Positions 1-9,615 of a DNA stretch of 64,000 nt are shown piece after piece (position 1 is the stretch's first letter; each line of letters begins with the position of its first letter). A program made the position numbers and the translations under genes. Source of the stretch: Bdellovibrionales bacterium. GTDB lineage: Bacteria > Bdellovibrionota > Bdellovibrionia > Bdellovibrionales > UBA1609. The notes beneath the pieces were generated by a model. It was not told the DNA's origin. It saw only the letters and a program-made list of their open reading frames with translations, and did not search any database. The DNA lies in assembly GCA_027317865.1 (NCBI GenBank), contig DAHVQG010000002.1, forward strand, positions 64,001 through 128,000, written 5' to 3'.

Positions 1-753
1 AGGTAAATCGGTAGGGTTTTCACCACGCCCCGAATGTGTCGTATCCACCCAAATCAGATGTACCACCGGCGTGGCGGAACGCACCCTTTCAATAATGATC
101 GGTTCATTTTCAAAAAACCAAATATCGCGATGACGACTCTTAAATTTCTCCACTATTTTTTGCATTTCTATTTCTTTAAACTCTTCATCTTCGATCGAGC
201 CTTTGATCGGCTTCATGATGAGATTCGCTGGTAACATCGAACCATCGTTGGAGTGCAATTCGGGCTTTACAAAATTGAGCGGGAACCCCCACCGCTTGAG
301 CGAGTCGACAGTGCCAATTTTCATATTACGTTCGTCACGACCGGTAAGATAGATGATTTGCGCACCGGCCTCATTTAGTTGCAAAACCGCTTCGCGACTA
401 CCTGGATACGGCCGGTCTGCGTCTAAAAATTCAGAACTAAAAAAACGGCTGCGCCAGTAGTCGCGCAATGTTTTCGCAAAGGCTTCAGTCACTTGAATGC
501 CCGAACGCTCAATTGCCTGCCGGAGCCCCCAGTCACGTGGCGTAATTTTCAACGCTGAAAGCTCGGCCACTTCGCTCGAAAATTTCTCTCGAATCGCCGG
601 GTCATTCACAAATGTTTCGACAATTTTTTGCGTTCTTAAACTCACGTTAAAAAGCGTCGAATCAAGGTCAAAAACGACGAGCGGACTTTGGCCTGCGGAA
701 TTTTTGCCTATGATTTCATCTACAATTTCCGAAATTGAAATTCTTCCGGTCAC
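1..753 (-). CDS. HAD-superfamily hydrolase/phosphatase (partial; 3' end runs off the window)
   Basis: Missing from the ORF track because no stop lies in the window. Manual translation from GTG at 753 (GTGA overlap with the NUDIX stop): MTGRISISEIVDEIIGKNSAGQSPLVVFDLDSTLFNV...IIYLTGRD...LIMKP...WFFENEP. HAD motif I DxD, motif II T and motif III K are present. Confidence 0.8.
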   Translation of the reverse strand, partial: MTGRISISEIVDEIIGKNSAGQSPLVVFDLDSTLFNVSLRTQKIVETFVNDPAIREKFSSEVAELSALKITPRDWGLRQAIERSGIQVTEAFAKTLRDYWRSRFFSSEFLDADRPYPGSREAVLQLNEAGAQIIYLTGRDERNMKIGTVDSLKRWGFPLNFVKPELHSNDGSMLPANLIMKPIKGSIEDEEFKEIEMQKIVEKFKSRHRDIWFFENEPIIIERVRSATPVVHLIWVDTTHSGRGENPTDLP

Positions 754-1322
754 CTGCGCTCCAGGTACGGCCGTGCCATTTCGAACGACGCCAACATCAA
801 CGAATGGATTTTTTTTGACCGGTACAAAAGCGGTAAGAAACGTGAAATCGGCAATGTGCGGACGTAAAGATCTTCAAAAGGATCAAGCTTCAAATCGCCA
901 ATTCGCGTGCATTCAAGTGCCAAAAAGACGTGGCATTTATTCGTCAAGAGCGCCGGATTTGGATAATGATACCCCAAATACTTCCATTTTTTTGCAACGC
1001 AACCCGTTTCTTCGCGCAGCTCACGTTTGGCCGCCGTTAATGGTCGTTCTTTGCGGTTCGGGTGCGTTGACCCCCCCGGGAACTCCAAATACCAACCCTT
1101 ACCTGGATAGCGATATTGTTCAACAAGAAGCAAATCATTTTGCTTGTTCAAAGCGACGACTTGAACCCAATCCGGAAAGTCGACTACAAAATATCTGGGC
1201 ATCACGCGGCCGTCTGGCAGACGGCACTGATCGACCCGCATCTGAAAATAATGCGTGGAAAAAATTTCTTGCGACGCTACTTTTCGCCACTTGCCACGCG
1301 ACTTTAGTTTAACGCCGGGCAT
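750..1322 (-). CDS. NUDIX hydrolase (ADP-ribose pyrophosphatase-like)
   Basis: Nudix box EFPGG...ERPLTAAKRELREETG; LLLVEQYRYP is typical of the ADPRase family. Confidence 0.9.
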   Translation of the reverse strand: MPGVKLKSRGKWRKVASQEIFSTHYFQMRVDQCRLPDGRVMPRYFVVDFPDWVQVVALNKQNDLLLVEQYRYPGKGWYLEFPGGSTHPNRKERPLTAAKRELREETGCVAKKWKYLGYHYPNPALLTNKCHVFLALECTRIGDLKLDPFEDLYVRTLPISRFLPLLYRSKKIHSLMLASFEMARPYLERR

Positions 1323-2005
1323 ACCAAACTCGGATAACGGGAATCGGTGATACGAACAGCCGACAAATATATTTTTTTATTTGGGCCGAAACTCACAAAA
1401 TAGAAAGTGCCGCCGATTACAGGTAAATAACGAATTTTGGTGGCATTAAGATGAAATCCCGATTTTGAATTCGCGGTCAAAAGAGTTTTTGTCACATCCA
1501 TGTAACGATCGCAGCCAGCGCCAAAAAGATTACCGCCTATTTTTCGTTGCTTCGTATTACTGAAGAAATAAATGCGCAGATTCTTAAGCGGGCTTTTTGG
1601 CTCACCGGCACGATGAACATTAAAATGCATGTAGAAACTGCCTTTTTTGCCGACAACAACTCCCGCCAGATCGATTGCACCACCGCCGTCAGGCAGATCA
1701 AATTCAGTGTTTTGAGAAAGCACGCCTTGCTCGCCGCTCATAAAATAAATTGTTACGTCAAGTAGACCCCGCGGGATCTGGCTCAAAATTTCGGATTTGG
1801 TTAAAACTATTTTTGGATAGGCCTTATGAATGTAATTTAAATATTCCGTTCGAAATATGTGGCTGAGTTTTTTTGGAACAATAAAATTCTTACTCGAAAC
1901 GACGATATTACCGGAAGCAAATTCGCCATGAGGATGCCAATTGGCGGTACCGTGCTTGCACCCTGATATCGCTATGACAGCGACGACGATCAATATTGCC
2001 TTCAT
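1304..2005 (-). CDS. hypothetical lipoprotein
   Basis: Track ORF 1304..2044; likely start ATG 2005 gives MKAILIVVAVIAISGC (lipobox); K/R-rich, beta-rich mature region. Confidence 0.65.
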   Translation of the reverse strand: MKAILIVVAVIAISGCKHGTANWHPHGEFASGNIVVSSKNFIVPKKLSHIFRTEYLNYIHKAYPKIVLTKSEILSQIPRGLLDVTIYFMSGEQGVLSQNTEFDLPDGGGAIDLAGVVVGKKGSFYMHFNVHRAGEPKSPLKNLRIYFFSNTKQRKIGGNLFGAGCDRYMDVTKTLLTANSKSGFHLNATKIRYLPVIGGTFYFVSFGPNKKIYLSAVRITDSRYPSLVCPALN

Positions 2006-2033
2006 CGTACCAACATGATGAACACCCACGCGA

Positions 2034-3797
2034 TTATTTCGCATGATTTTCGGTCTCGCTTAATTTGCCGCTGAGGGCGTAAAAGGGCTTATAATCGCTC
2101 GCCATTTCGAGTCCGGTCATTAAATATTTTCTCGCTACCGGGATATGATTTTGTTCAATCGCAACATTCGCAAGCCCCGCCAATGCGTCGAGTTCGCGAT
2201 TCGATTTAATGAGAACATCCTCCCAATAAGTACGAGCGCAATCCATGTCGCCGGATTTTTGACAAAGGCGAGCGAACAACCGGCGCGGTTGAATCCACTG
2301 ACCAGTTGGGTCGTTTGCCACCGCTGTTTTAAGAGCCACTTCCGCTTGATCGTCCATATCCGCTGACTCGAGCAAATAGGCATTAATCGACTGAACAATT
2401 GTATCCTGTGGGGCCTGGGCTAATGCATTGTCAATGTAACCGTTGGCTTTGGAATACTGACCCGCTTTTGCATAACACATGGCTAAAAACGCGCTCACTA
2501 CCGGCGAGGGTTGCGAATTTTGCGTAACGGCCTGACACCAGTTTAACAAATGCGGCCACGTCACGCGATCCCGATATACAAATAAATTATGTTTAAATTC
2601 GGATGTCATGTTAAGATCAGAATCGAGAATTTTGTCGACTTCTGAAGAAATATTGACCGTGTCGCCAATTAATGACTCCAAATAAACGGCCGCGACACGC
2701 GCCTCAAGGGCATAATCGAAAGATTGGTTGGCAAAATCCCTGATGGCCAATATGCCCGCCTGCATCTGCTTTTTATTTTTATTAGTCTTGTAAAGTTTCG
2801 CCAAAGTTTGCGCCAACATTATGAACTCTGCACCATCCGGATGACTTGACTGTATCGCGAGCTGCAATTGATCATTTGCCTTGTGGAGTTCGCCTTCGTT
2901 TAAAGCGGTCGCCCCAAGATCTATAATCGCTGGCTGAAAAGTTGGATCGACGCCCAATGCTTTTTGAAATGAGGCTTCAGCGTCTTGAGTGTCTCCGTCT
3001 TTGAGATCCGCGATGCCGATACCGGTTAGTATCCGTTTCTCGTCGACGTTAGACAGATTTTGCAGCTTCTCGAGAAGCCGACGCCCTTCAGAAGTTTGGT
3101 CCCCCATTTGTATTTTTAAAATACCAAGCCAAAGATAAATGTTCGTGTCGCTCGGTTTAAGCGCGTAGGCTTGACTGTACAAATTCAGCGCCTGCCGGTA
3201 CCGGCCCTTGGCATAATCTTGAGCGGCCTCGGTTGTCACCGCTCCTAATTGATCGCGCTTTTGAATGGGCTTTTCGACGAACCGCTGAAAAGCGACAATG
3301 CCGACCGCTAAAAGTACAACCATTATTGTAAGAACCCAAATCCACCGCGAATTTTTTTGCGCTTCTTCTTTGGCTACGCGATCGGCGTCGTATGCAAATG
3401 CCTGGGCGTGAGCGCGCTCCGATTTTAAATCGTCTATACTGTGAAATAAAACATCTTGTACGGGCGATAGCGGCAGCTCCTTTATTTCGGCCGTGTGTTC
3501 GTCGGGTTCCGGGCTCGAAGAAATCGTTTGCGTTTCGTCGATATTTCGTGTCGTCGAATCATCGGCCGAATTGCGCAAACCTTGCACTCGAACTTCCTCG
3601 ATCACCTTGGCAAATATGGGCTCGTCACGCAGATAAACCCAGCGCCCGCAAGGTCTTGAAACTTCATCAAGCGGCACAAGAACGCGTTCACGAAGTAAAT
3701 CGCCAATTTGACGATCGAAATATGGTCCAATAATGCGGCCACTAGCTCTAATTAGCCACAGAGTATTTTTACCAACTTTTAGAGACGCTGCCATCAC
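2034..3797 (-). CDS. GYF_2-like N-terminal domain, single TM, periplasmic TPR-repeat protein
   Basis: WLIRASGRIIGPY...W is GYF_2-like; TM WIWVLTIMVVLLAVGIVAF; many TPR-like helical repeats (e.g. AEASFQKALGVDP). Confidence 0.75.
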   Translation of the reverse strand: MMAASLKVGKNTLWLIRASGRIIGPYFDRQIGDLLRERVLVPLDEVSRPCGRWVYLRDEPIFAKVIEEVRVQGLRNSADDSTTRNIDETQTISSSPEPDEHTAEIKELPLSPVQDVLFHSIDDLKSERAHAQAFAYDADRVAKEEAQKNSRWIWVLTIMVVLLAVGIVAFQRFVEKPIQKRDQLGAVTTEAAQDYAKGRYRQALNLYSQAYALKPSDTNIYLWLGILKIQMGDQTSEGRRLLEKLQNLSNVDEKRILTGIGIADLKDGDTQDAEASFQKALGVDPTFQPAIIDLGATALNEGELHKANDQLQLAIQSSHPDGAEFIMLAQTLAKLYKTNKNKKQMQAGILAIRDFANQSFDYALEARVAAVYLESLIGDTVNISSEVDKILDSDLNMTSEFKHNLFVYRDRVTWPHLLNWCQAVTQNSQPSPVVSAFLAMCYAKAGQYSKANGYIDNALAQAPQDTIVQSINAYLLESADMDDQAEVALKTAVANDPTGQWIQPRRLFARLCQKSGDMDCARTYWEDVLIKSNRELDALAGLANVAIEQNHIPVARKYLMTGLEMASDYKPFYALSGKLSETENHAK

Positions 3798-3814
3798 ATG
3801 CCTCGATTTGCCGA

Positions 3815-5359
3815 CTAATGCGCGAAGTGGCGCCTTCCGGTCAGAACCATTGTGAGCCCCTTTTCTTTCGCACGCGCGATCACTTCTTCATCTTTAACTG
3901 ATCCACCAGGTTGAATAATATATTGAATTCCCGCTTCGCAAATTAGATCGATAGAATCCGCAAACGGAAAAAATGCATCGCTTGCCAATACCGCGCCATT
4001 CGTATTTTTATGAAAACGGCGCATCCGCGAGATCGCGTTCTCGACCGCGTCGACCCGATTGACCTGTCCCATCCCCAGGCCCAAGGTTTGAGAATTTCGC
4101 GTAATGGCGATGGCATTGCTTTTTAGGTGTGCGCAGACTTGCCACGCGAAAAGAAGATCTTGTCGAATTTGTTCACTAGGGGCTTCGCCTATGACCCTCC
4201 AACTCTCAGACCATTCGCTTTCAACTTGGTCGGCAGTTTGAACAAGAAACCCGCCGCTAATGGAGCGATAACGAAAAGTCTCGGATCGTTCAGTCAACTC
4301 GGGCCAAATCAAAACTCGCAAATTTTTCTTTTTGGACAATGCCACGGCCGCCTCGCGGGTCAGGTCCGGCGCAACCACACATTCCAGAAAAAGTCCCGTC
4401 ACAATTTCCGCAACCGGCACATCCAGCTTGAAATCCATCGCTACAATCCCGCCAAAAACAGATTGCGAATCGGCGGCAATTGCAAGTTCAGCGGCCTTTG
4501 CCGGATTTGACGATCGGGCCACCCCACAAGGGCTATTATGTTTAACCGCAACACAAGTCGAAAGCCGGTTGGGAGTCGATGAAAACTCGCGAACCGTTGC
4601 GATTGCGGCCTCGAGGTCGATTAAGTTGTTATACGAAAGTTCTTTGCCTTGCAAAATACGCGCTTGATGAAGACCCGAGCGTTCACCGCGAATTCGAAAC
4701 CACGCGGCCTTTTGCTGAGGATTCTCGCCGTAGCGAAGCGCTTTGACATGCTCACCGCCGAGACCGTAATCACGAAAATCAAGCGCCGAATCACCAGCAA
4801 AGTGCCGCGAAATCATGGCGTCGTAAGCGGAGGTGTGCGCAAAAACTTTGGCGGCAAGCTGGCGGCGATCTTCGAGGGTTAATCCCTCTGGTTTTTCGAG
4901 AACGCGTCCATAATCAGCTGGATCGCACAAAACGGTGATGCGCTCGAAATTTTTCGACGCCGATCGTAAAAATGAAGGCCCGCCAATATCGATTTTTTCT
5001 ACTGAAGGCGCCGACTCAAACGGATACAAATTGCCGACCACTAAATCAAAAGCTTCAATTCCATATTCGTGAAGTACGGCTGTGTCTTCTGCATTACCTT
5101 CGCGCGCCAAAAGCGCCATGTGAATTTTCGGATGAAGCGTTTTCACACGCCCATCCATAACCTCTTGAAAACCGGTTTGCTCTGAAACATCGACGACCTT
5201 GAGGCCGGCTTCGCGCAAATAGTTGGCTGTTCCACCGGTTGAAACAATACGAAGGCCATCGCGCTGAAGAGGTTTCAGAAAATCGGCAAGACCAGTTTTG
5301 TCGGAGCAACTCACCAGCGCATTTTGAAACGAAAAATTTTTTTTCGAATGAGATGTCAT
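3815..5359 (-). CDS. purH: bifunctional AICAR transformylase/IMP cyclohydrolase
   Basis: ALVSCSDKTG, GRVKTLHP, IDIGGP, LRYGENPQQ, SYNN, KHNSPCG, ASDAFFPF, QPGGS, TGRRHFAH; track ORF extends to 5404. Confidence 0.97.
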   Translation of the reverse strand: MTSHSKKNFSFQNALVSCSDKTGLADFLKPLQRDGLRIVSTGGTANYLREAGLKVVDVSEQTGFQEVMDGRVKTLHPKIHMALLAREGNAEDTAVLHEYGIEAFDLVVGNLYPFESAPSVEKIDIGGPSFLRSASKNFERITVLCDPADYGRVLEKPEGLTLEDRRQLAAKVFAHTSAYDAMISRHFAGDSALDFRDYGLGGEHVKALRYGENPQQKAAWFRIRGERSGLHQARILQGKELSYNNLIDLEAAIATVREFSSTPNRLSTCVAVKHNSPCGVARSSNPAKAAELAIAADSQSVFGGIVAMDFKLDVPVAEIVTGLFLECVVAPDLTREAAVALSKKKNLRVLIWPELTERSETFRYRSISGGFLVQTADQVESEWSESWRVIGEAPSEQIRQDLLFAWQVCAHLKSNAIAITRNSQTLGLGMGQVNRVDAVENAISRMRRFHKNTNGAVLASDAFFPFADSIDLICEAGIQYIIQPGGSVKDEEVIARAKEKGLTMVLTGRRHFAH

Positions 5360-5381
5360 GCGCGCCTGCCTTTGCCAAAAT

Positions 5382-6755
5382 TTAAAATGCGTATCGAGTA
5401 GCAAACAGCTTCAAGTCGTCGTTCGTCAAGAACAGACCCGCGCCGATAAAGGCGCTGCGCAAAGCTGGATTTGCTAAATTGTCACCGCCGCCGACGAGGT
5501 AAAGACCTTTAAATAAGTTGTAACGCAAATATGCACGAATGACCGTGTCTTGAAAATCAAACGCTTCAACAGACGCACGCAATTTGCGGCCGAACAAGAA
5601 ATAATCAAGCCCGACGCCGCCTGAACTCTCCATCAGTCCGGCTTTTACAGTAAAGTTATAAAAGTTTTTGGCAAAAAGCGCATTGAACTTAAGCTGGTTA
5701 TGATAGGTCATCGTCTCCGTATAATCTTGGTTTAGAGTTCCGGAATCTTGTTGCCGTGTTACGGTCACGTATCCGCGTGGGTCGTCGACAATGCCAACTT
5801 CGTAATACCGATCAAGCCCCGGTTGGATGCGAATGTTGAGAAAAGATTGGATGAGCCCGGGTGCCGCTAAATATTCAGAGTGATAATCAAACGCGGTCTC
5901 CATCGACTGGGCGCCACCCAAAAAATTGTCTAGCTTATCAAGATCGGAATTGATTTTGTTCGATGTCGAATCATCGTTAACAAGTTGCCCGATCGTACCT
6001 TTGCCGCTATTGATTTTGTCAGTAATTTGCTCAATGTTGTCCGCACTTTTTTGGAGACGATTGATCCCAGTCGACAGATTATGCCAAGTCGAATCAAAAC
6101 CTTGTGGCCCGTGATCTTTCATCACTTTGGCAAGTTCTGAAGTAATAACATTGATGTTCGAAATAATGCTGGTGAGTTTATGTTTATTCTTGCCGGTTAT
6201 TTGCGCAAGATCTCCCGAAACTTTTTCGATATTCATCATGATGCGGCCAAGAACGGTCGTGTTATCGCCGTTTCGCCCTGTTGCACGTTTAAGCGTGGTC
6301 GCCACGTCATTGAGCGACTTTGCGATTTTACTAATTTGAGTGAGTAGCGAGGTGACCGAGCCGCCTTCAGTAGCCGTCAAAATTTGCGAACCGTCGGGCA
6401 ATTCGGGATCTTTGGGGTTACCAGGTACGAGTTCCACATGCCGGTCGCCTAAAATACCGTCTGAAACCAACTCGACGTATCCGGAGGTATGCATTTTGAC
6501 ACTTCCGGTAACTTCGATGAAGACGCGCGCCTTACCGTTAACTAATTTTATTTTTTCAATATTACCAACTTTAATACCGGCTTCTTTTACAGGTCCATTG
6601 GGAATAAGTCCGTTGGCATTATCAAGGTCAAAATAGTACGATTTCGTACGCTCGAATAAACCGGGGCCCTGATTCACTTTTAAAGACATGAATCCAATCA
6701 ACGCCGCGACTATCGCGACAAGAGCGCCAACTTTGAACTCCGGTGACTGAATCAT
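5382..6755 (-). CDS. mlaD: MCE/MlaD family protein with long helical region and barrel-like C-terminus
   Basis: N-terminal TM (EFKVGALVAIVAALIGFM); MCE motifs ANGLIPNGPVKEAGIKVG and GILGDRHVELVPG; GKGTIGQLVND; follows mlaE-mlaF. Confidence 0.9.
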   Translation of the reverse strand: MIQSPEFKVGALVAIVAALIGFMSLKVNQGPGLFERTKSYYFDLDNANGLIPNGPVKEAGIKVGNIEKIKLVNGKARVFIEVTGSVKMHTSGYVELVSDGILGDRHVELVPGNPKDPELPDGSQILTATEGGSVTSLLTQISKIAKSLNDVATTLKRATGRNGDNTTVLGRIMMNIEKVSGDLAQITGKNKHKLTSIISNINVITSELAKVMKDHGPQGFDSTWHNLSTGINRLQKSADNIEQITDKINSGKGTIGQLVNDDSTSNKINSDLDKLDNFLGGAQSMETAFDYHSEYLAAPGLIQSFLNIRIQPGLDRYYEVGIVDDPRGYVTVTRQQDSGTLNQDYTETMTYHNQLKFNALFAKNFYNFTVKAGLMESSGGVGLDYFLFGRKLRASVEAFDFQDTVIRAYLRYNLFKGLYLVGGGDNLANPALRSAFIGAGLFLTNDDLKLFATRYAF

Positions 6756-6757
6756 GA

Positions 6758-7507
6758 TTACTTCAAGCCCTTTTCTAAAAAGCTCTTCACAAGTGGAATT
6801 TCAGATTCAAAAAACACCTGCTTATTCCCCTGCAAAAGCACTCGCCCTTTATCTAACATTACAATGAAATCGCCAATGCGAAACGCCGCGTGCAAATCGT
6901 GGGTCACCATGATGCTAGTAGAACCTTTGTGCATTTTATGCGTCGTCAAAATCAATTCGTCGACCATTTCAGTCAATATAGGATCCAATCCTGTCGTGGG
7001 CTCGTCATAAAGAATAATGTCCGGATCAAGGGCCAAGGCCCGCGCAAGACCCACACGCTTTCGCTGACCGCCTGATAATTCTTCGGGTAATTTTTGAAAA
7101 TGCTTTTCGTCCATGCCCGCATCGTTGAGTTTCTTGGTTGCCGTCTCTTTAATCCGCTTCTGACCCCAATCAGGACGATGCTCGACCATCGGAAAGCTCA
7201 CATTCTCGATCACCGTCATATCGTCGAACAGTGCGCTGTTCTGAAATAATACACCAAGATGACATCGAAACTCAGTCAACTCTTCATAACTAAGCGTGTT
7301 CAGGACCCGACCCAAGACCCGAACCTCGCCTTCGGTCGGTGAAATGAGACCCAAGATATGCTTCAACAAAACCGATTTGCCAGTGCCGCTAAAACCGATA
7401 ATGGCCGTAATCACGCCACGAGGAACTGTCAGTTCAAGATCGTTGAGCACGTACTCACGGCCATCAAACGTTTTTTTCAAATGATGTATTTCTACGGCCG
7501 CATCCAT
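6758..7507 (-). CDS. mlaF: ABC transporter ATP-binding protein (Mla system)
   Basis: Walker A GFSGTGKS, LFQNSALFD, signature LSGGQRKR, Walker B ILYDEPTTGLDP, VTHD; start reassigned to ATG 7507 (track start 7738 overlaps mlaE). Confidence 0.93.
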   Translation of the reverse strand: MDAAVEIHHLKKTFDGREYVLNDLELTVPRGVITAIIGFSGTGKSVLLKHILGLISPTEGEVRVLGRVLNTLSYEELTEFRCHLGVLFQNSALFDDMTVIENVSFPMVEHRPDWGQKRIKETATKKLNDAGMDEKHFQKLPEELSGGQRKRVGLARALALDPDIILYDEPTTGLDPILTEMVDELILTTHKMHKGSTSIMVTHDLHAAFRIGDFIVMLDKGRVLLQGNKQVFFESEIPLVKSFLEKGLK

Positions 7508-7509
7508 TT

Positions 7510-8352
7510 TTACCTGATTCCCGCAATTTTGTAGTAAAACCGAATTACGTTGGTCATAAAAAAGTTCATAACAATGATCAGCACCATGCTGTATACGACG
7601 CCGCTGTTTGTCGCTTCGCCTACTCCTTTTGCTCCGCCTTTTGTCGTAAAGCCGCGATACGTGCATACAGTGGCAAAAATCAAACCAAAAACTGCGGCCT
7701 TCAAAAGCCCTTCGTAGATGTCGCGCGGGTGAAGCCATGCCTGAATCTTGTCGAAGAAAATCGCGCTCTCAACGCCCAATACTTTTACGCACAAAAGATA
7801 GGCGCCAGCCATTGCGACAAAATCAAAAATGGCGCACAAAAGTGGCATGGCCACCAGAGCCGCAACAATCCGCGGTGAAACAAGATATTGAACGGGGTTA
7901 ATCCCCATAACTTCAAGTGCGTCAATTTGCTCGGAAACACGCATCGTACCAATTCTTGCAGACATGGCCCCGCCGGCGCGCGCCGCCACAATGAGTCCGG
8001 TAAGCACGGGCCCCAACTCACGGCTAATGCCAAGCGCCACCGTGGGACTCACAAGATTTGTCATATTCACCAAGTCAAAACCTAAAAATATTTGGTAAGC
8101 AAGCGCCATACCTGTAAATGCGCCGGTGAGAACAATGATCATCACCGATTCATTGCCGATAAACTCCATGTGTTTAATAAACTCACCGAAACGGGTTGGC
8201 TTTGCAAAAACAAGCTTGACCGCTTGAATGAAAAAAAGAACGGTTTTACCCGTCGCCACAAAAAAGTCATAGACGATTCTCCAGATACCGATAAAAAAAT
8301 CGTCTATTTGCTCGTTGACTTGATTTCGAATTTTCATCCAAGCATCAAACAT
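7510..8352 (-). CDS. mlaE: ABC transporter permease (Mla system)
   Basis: RELGPVLTGLIVAARAG, IGTMRVSEQIDALEVMGINP, GGAKGVGEAT. Confidence 0.95.
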   Translation of the reverse strand: MFDAWMKIRNQVNEQIDDFFIGIWRIVYDFFVATGKTVLFFIQAVKLVFAKPTRFGEFIKHMEFIGNESVMIIVLTGAFTGMALAYQIFLGFDLVNMTNLVSPTVALGISRELGPVLTGLIVAARAGGAMSARIGTMRVSEQIDALEVMGINPVQYLVSPRIVAALVAMPLLCAIFDFVAMAGAYLLCVKVLGVESAIFFDKIQAWLHPRDIYEGLLKAAVFGLIFATVCTYRGFTTKGGAKGVGEATNSGVVYSMVLIIVMNFFMTNVIRFYYKIAGIR

Positions 8353-8364
8353 TTTTCATTTCTT

Positions 8365-9615
8365 TCATACATACACGCGCGGCACTCGCGCACTAAAGTT
8401 CGTCAATACTTCATACGGGATTGTCCCTGCTGCTTCGGCCAGTTCCAGTGCGGTAACTTGAGCGGCATGAACGCCCGACTCTTGCCGGCCGAGTACGACG
8501 ATTTCGTCGCCAACTAACGGTGCAACGTCGGTCAGGTCGACCATCGAAAAATCCATACAAACGGTACCGGCCACGGGCACGCACTGGCCGCGAAAGACCA
8601 TTTTAGATTTTGTTGAAAGCCGCCGCATGTAACCGTCAGCATATCCGATGGGTACAACACCGATCGTTGAATCGCGATTCACTTGATAGCGCCCACCATA
8701 AGAAACCGTCTCGCCTTTTGCAAGGTTTTGGATATGAACGATTTCGCTTACGACACGCATAACAGGACGCAAATCAATTGCCTCATAAACTGATTTTAAA
8801 TTGTCACTCAACCCGTTAACGGGCGCTACAATACCATAGAGTGAAATTCCGGGTCTCGCTCCCCAATGCGTAAGGGTCGAGTGCGTCACATTTTGACGTA
8901 TGTCATTCGACTCTAAAAATCTTGCCAAAAGTGCTGAGCTATTGAGCACGTGTGCCTTAACCTCGTCACTTTTAAACGATTCAAATATTTTAGAAAAAAT
9001 CTGCAACTGTTTTGCCGTTCGGCCATTTTTTTGTAAAGCGTCGTCGCCCGACAAAAGATGCGTACAGACTCCCTTAAGAACCAGTTTCGGGTTTAAGACT
9101 CTAGCGCCGGCGCCGGGTGACGAAATTTGCGTTTGCGAAAAATAATCGCGCAGTTTGTTGACTTCACCAGGTGCAAAACCGAGACGATTCATTCCCGTGT
9201 TGAACTTCAGGTGAACGTTTACGGATGCTCCGAGCGCGCCCCGCGCCGTCTGTTTTTGAACCGCAGCCTCAAGCGCGCGCAGCGCCTCCCACGAACTTAC
9301 GACAGGAGTGAGCTCATGGCGCACAACTGCGTCGGCCGAAGCGCGATCAACAAAGGGGCCAAATACGAGGAGATCGACCATAATACCACTTTCACGCAAA
9401 CGAACAGCCTCCTCGACAAGCGCGACCCCGAAATGCTCGGCGCCTTCGTTAATCAGCTCACGCGCCACTTCAACATCACCGTGGCCATAGGCGTTGGCCT
9501 TAATCATTGGGCAAAAAAAATCTTCCCGACTTACCATCGCACGCAAAACACGGTAATTGTGTCGAACATTTTTCAAACTGATTTCAGCGCGCAACGGGCG
9601 GAGTATTTCTTTCAT
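8365..9615 (-). CDS. alr: alanine racemase
   Basis: PLP lysine in MIKANAYGHG; HLKFNTGMNRLG, RPGISLYG, VSYGG, GYADG, GTVCMD, TIPYE. Confidence 0.97.
   Translation of the reverse strand: MKEILRPLRAEISLKNVRHNYRVLRAMVSREDFFCPMIKANAYGHGDVEVARELINEGAEHFGVALVEEAVRLRESGIMVDLLVFGPFVDRASADAVVRHELTPVVSSWEALRALEAAVQKQTARGALGASVNVHLKFNTGMNRLGFAPGEVNKLRDYFSQTQISSPGAGARVLNPKLVLKGVCTHLLSGDDALQKNGRTAKQLQIFSKIFESFKSDEVKAHVLNSSALLARFLESNDIRQNVTHSTLTHWGARPGISLYGIVAPVNGLSDNLKSVYEAIDLRPVMRVVSEIVHIQNLAKGETVSYGGRYQVNRDSTIGVVPIGYADGYMRRLSTKSKMVFRGQCVPVAGTVCMDFSMVDLTDVAPLVGDEIVVLGRQESGVHAAQVTALELAEAAGTIPYEVLTNFSARVPRVYV

Noticed and set aside
497-1312. 271-aa plus-strand ORF
   Set aside because: Antisense shadow of the NUDIX and HAD genes, which carry clear motifs; it has no motif of its own
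7508-7738. N-terminal extension of mlaF in the ORF track
   Set aside because: Overlaps mlaE out of frame; ATG 7507 directly after the mlaE stop is the natural start
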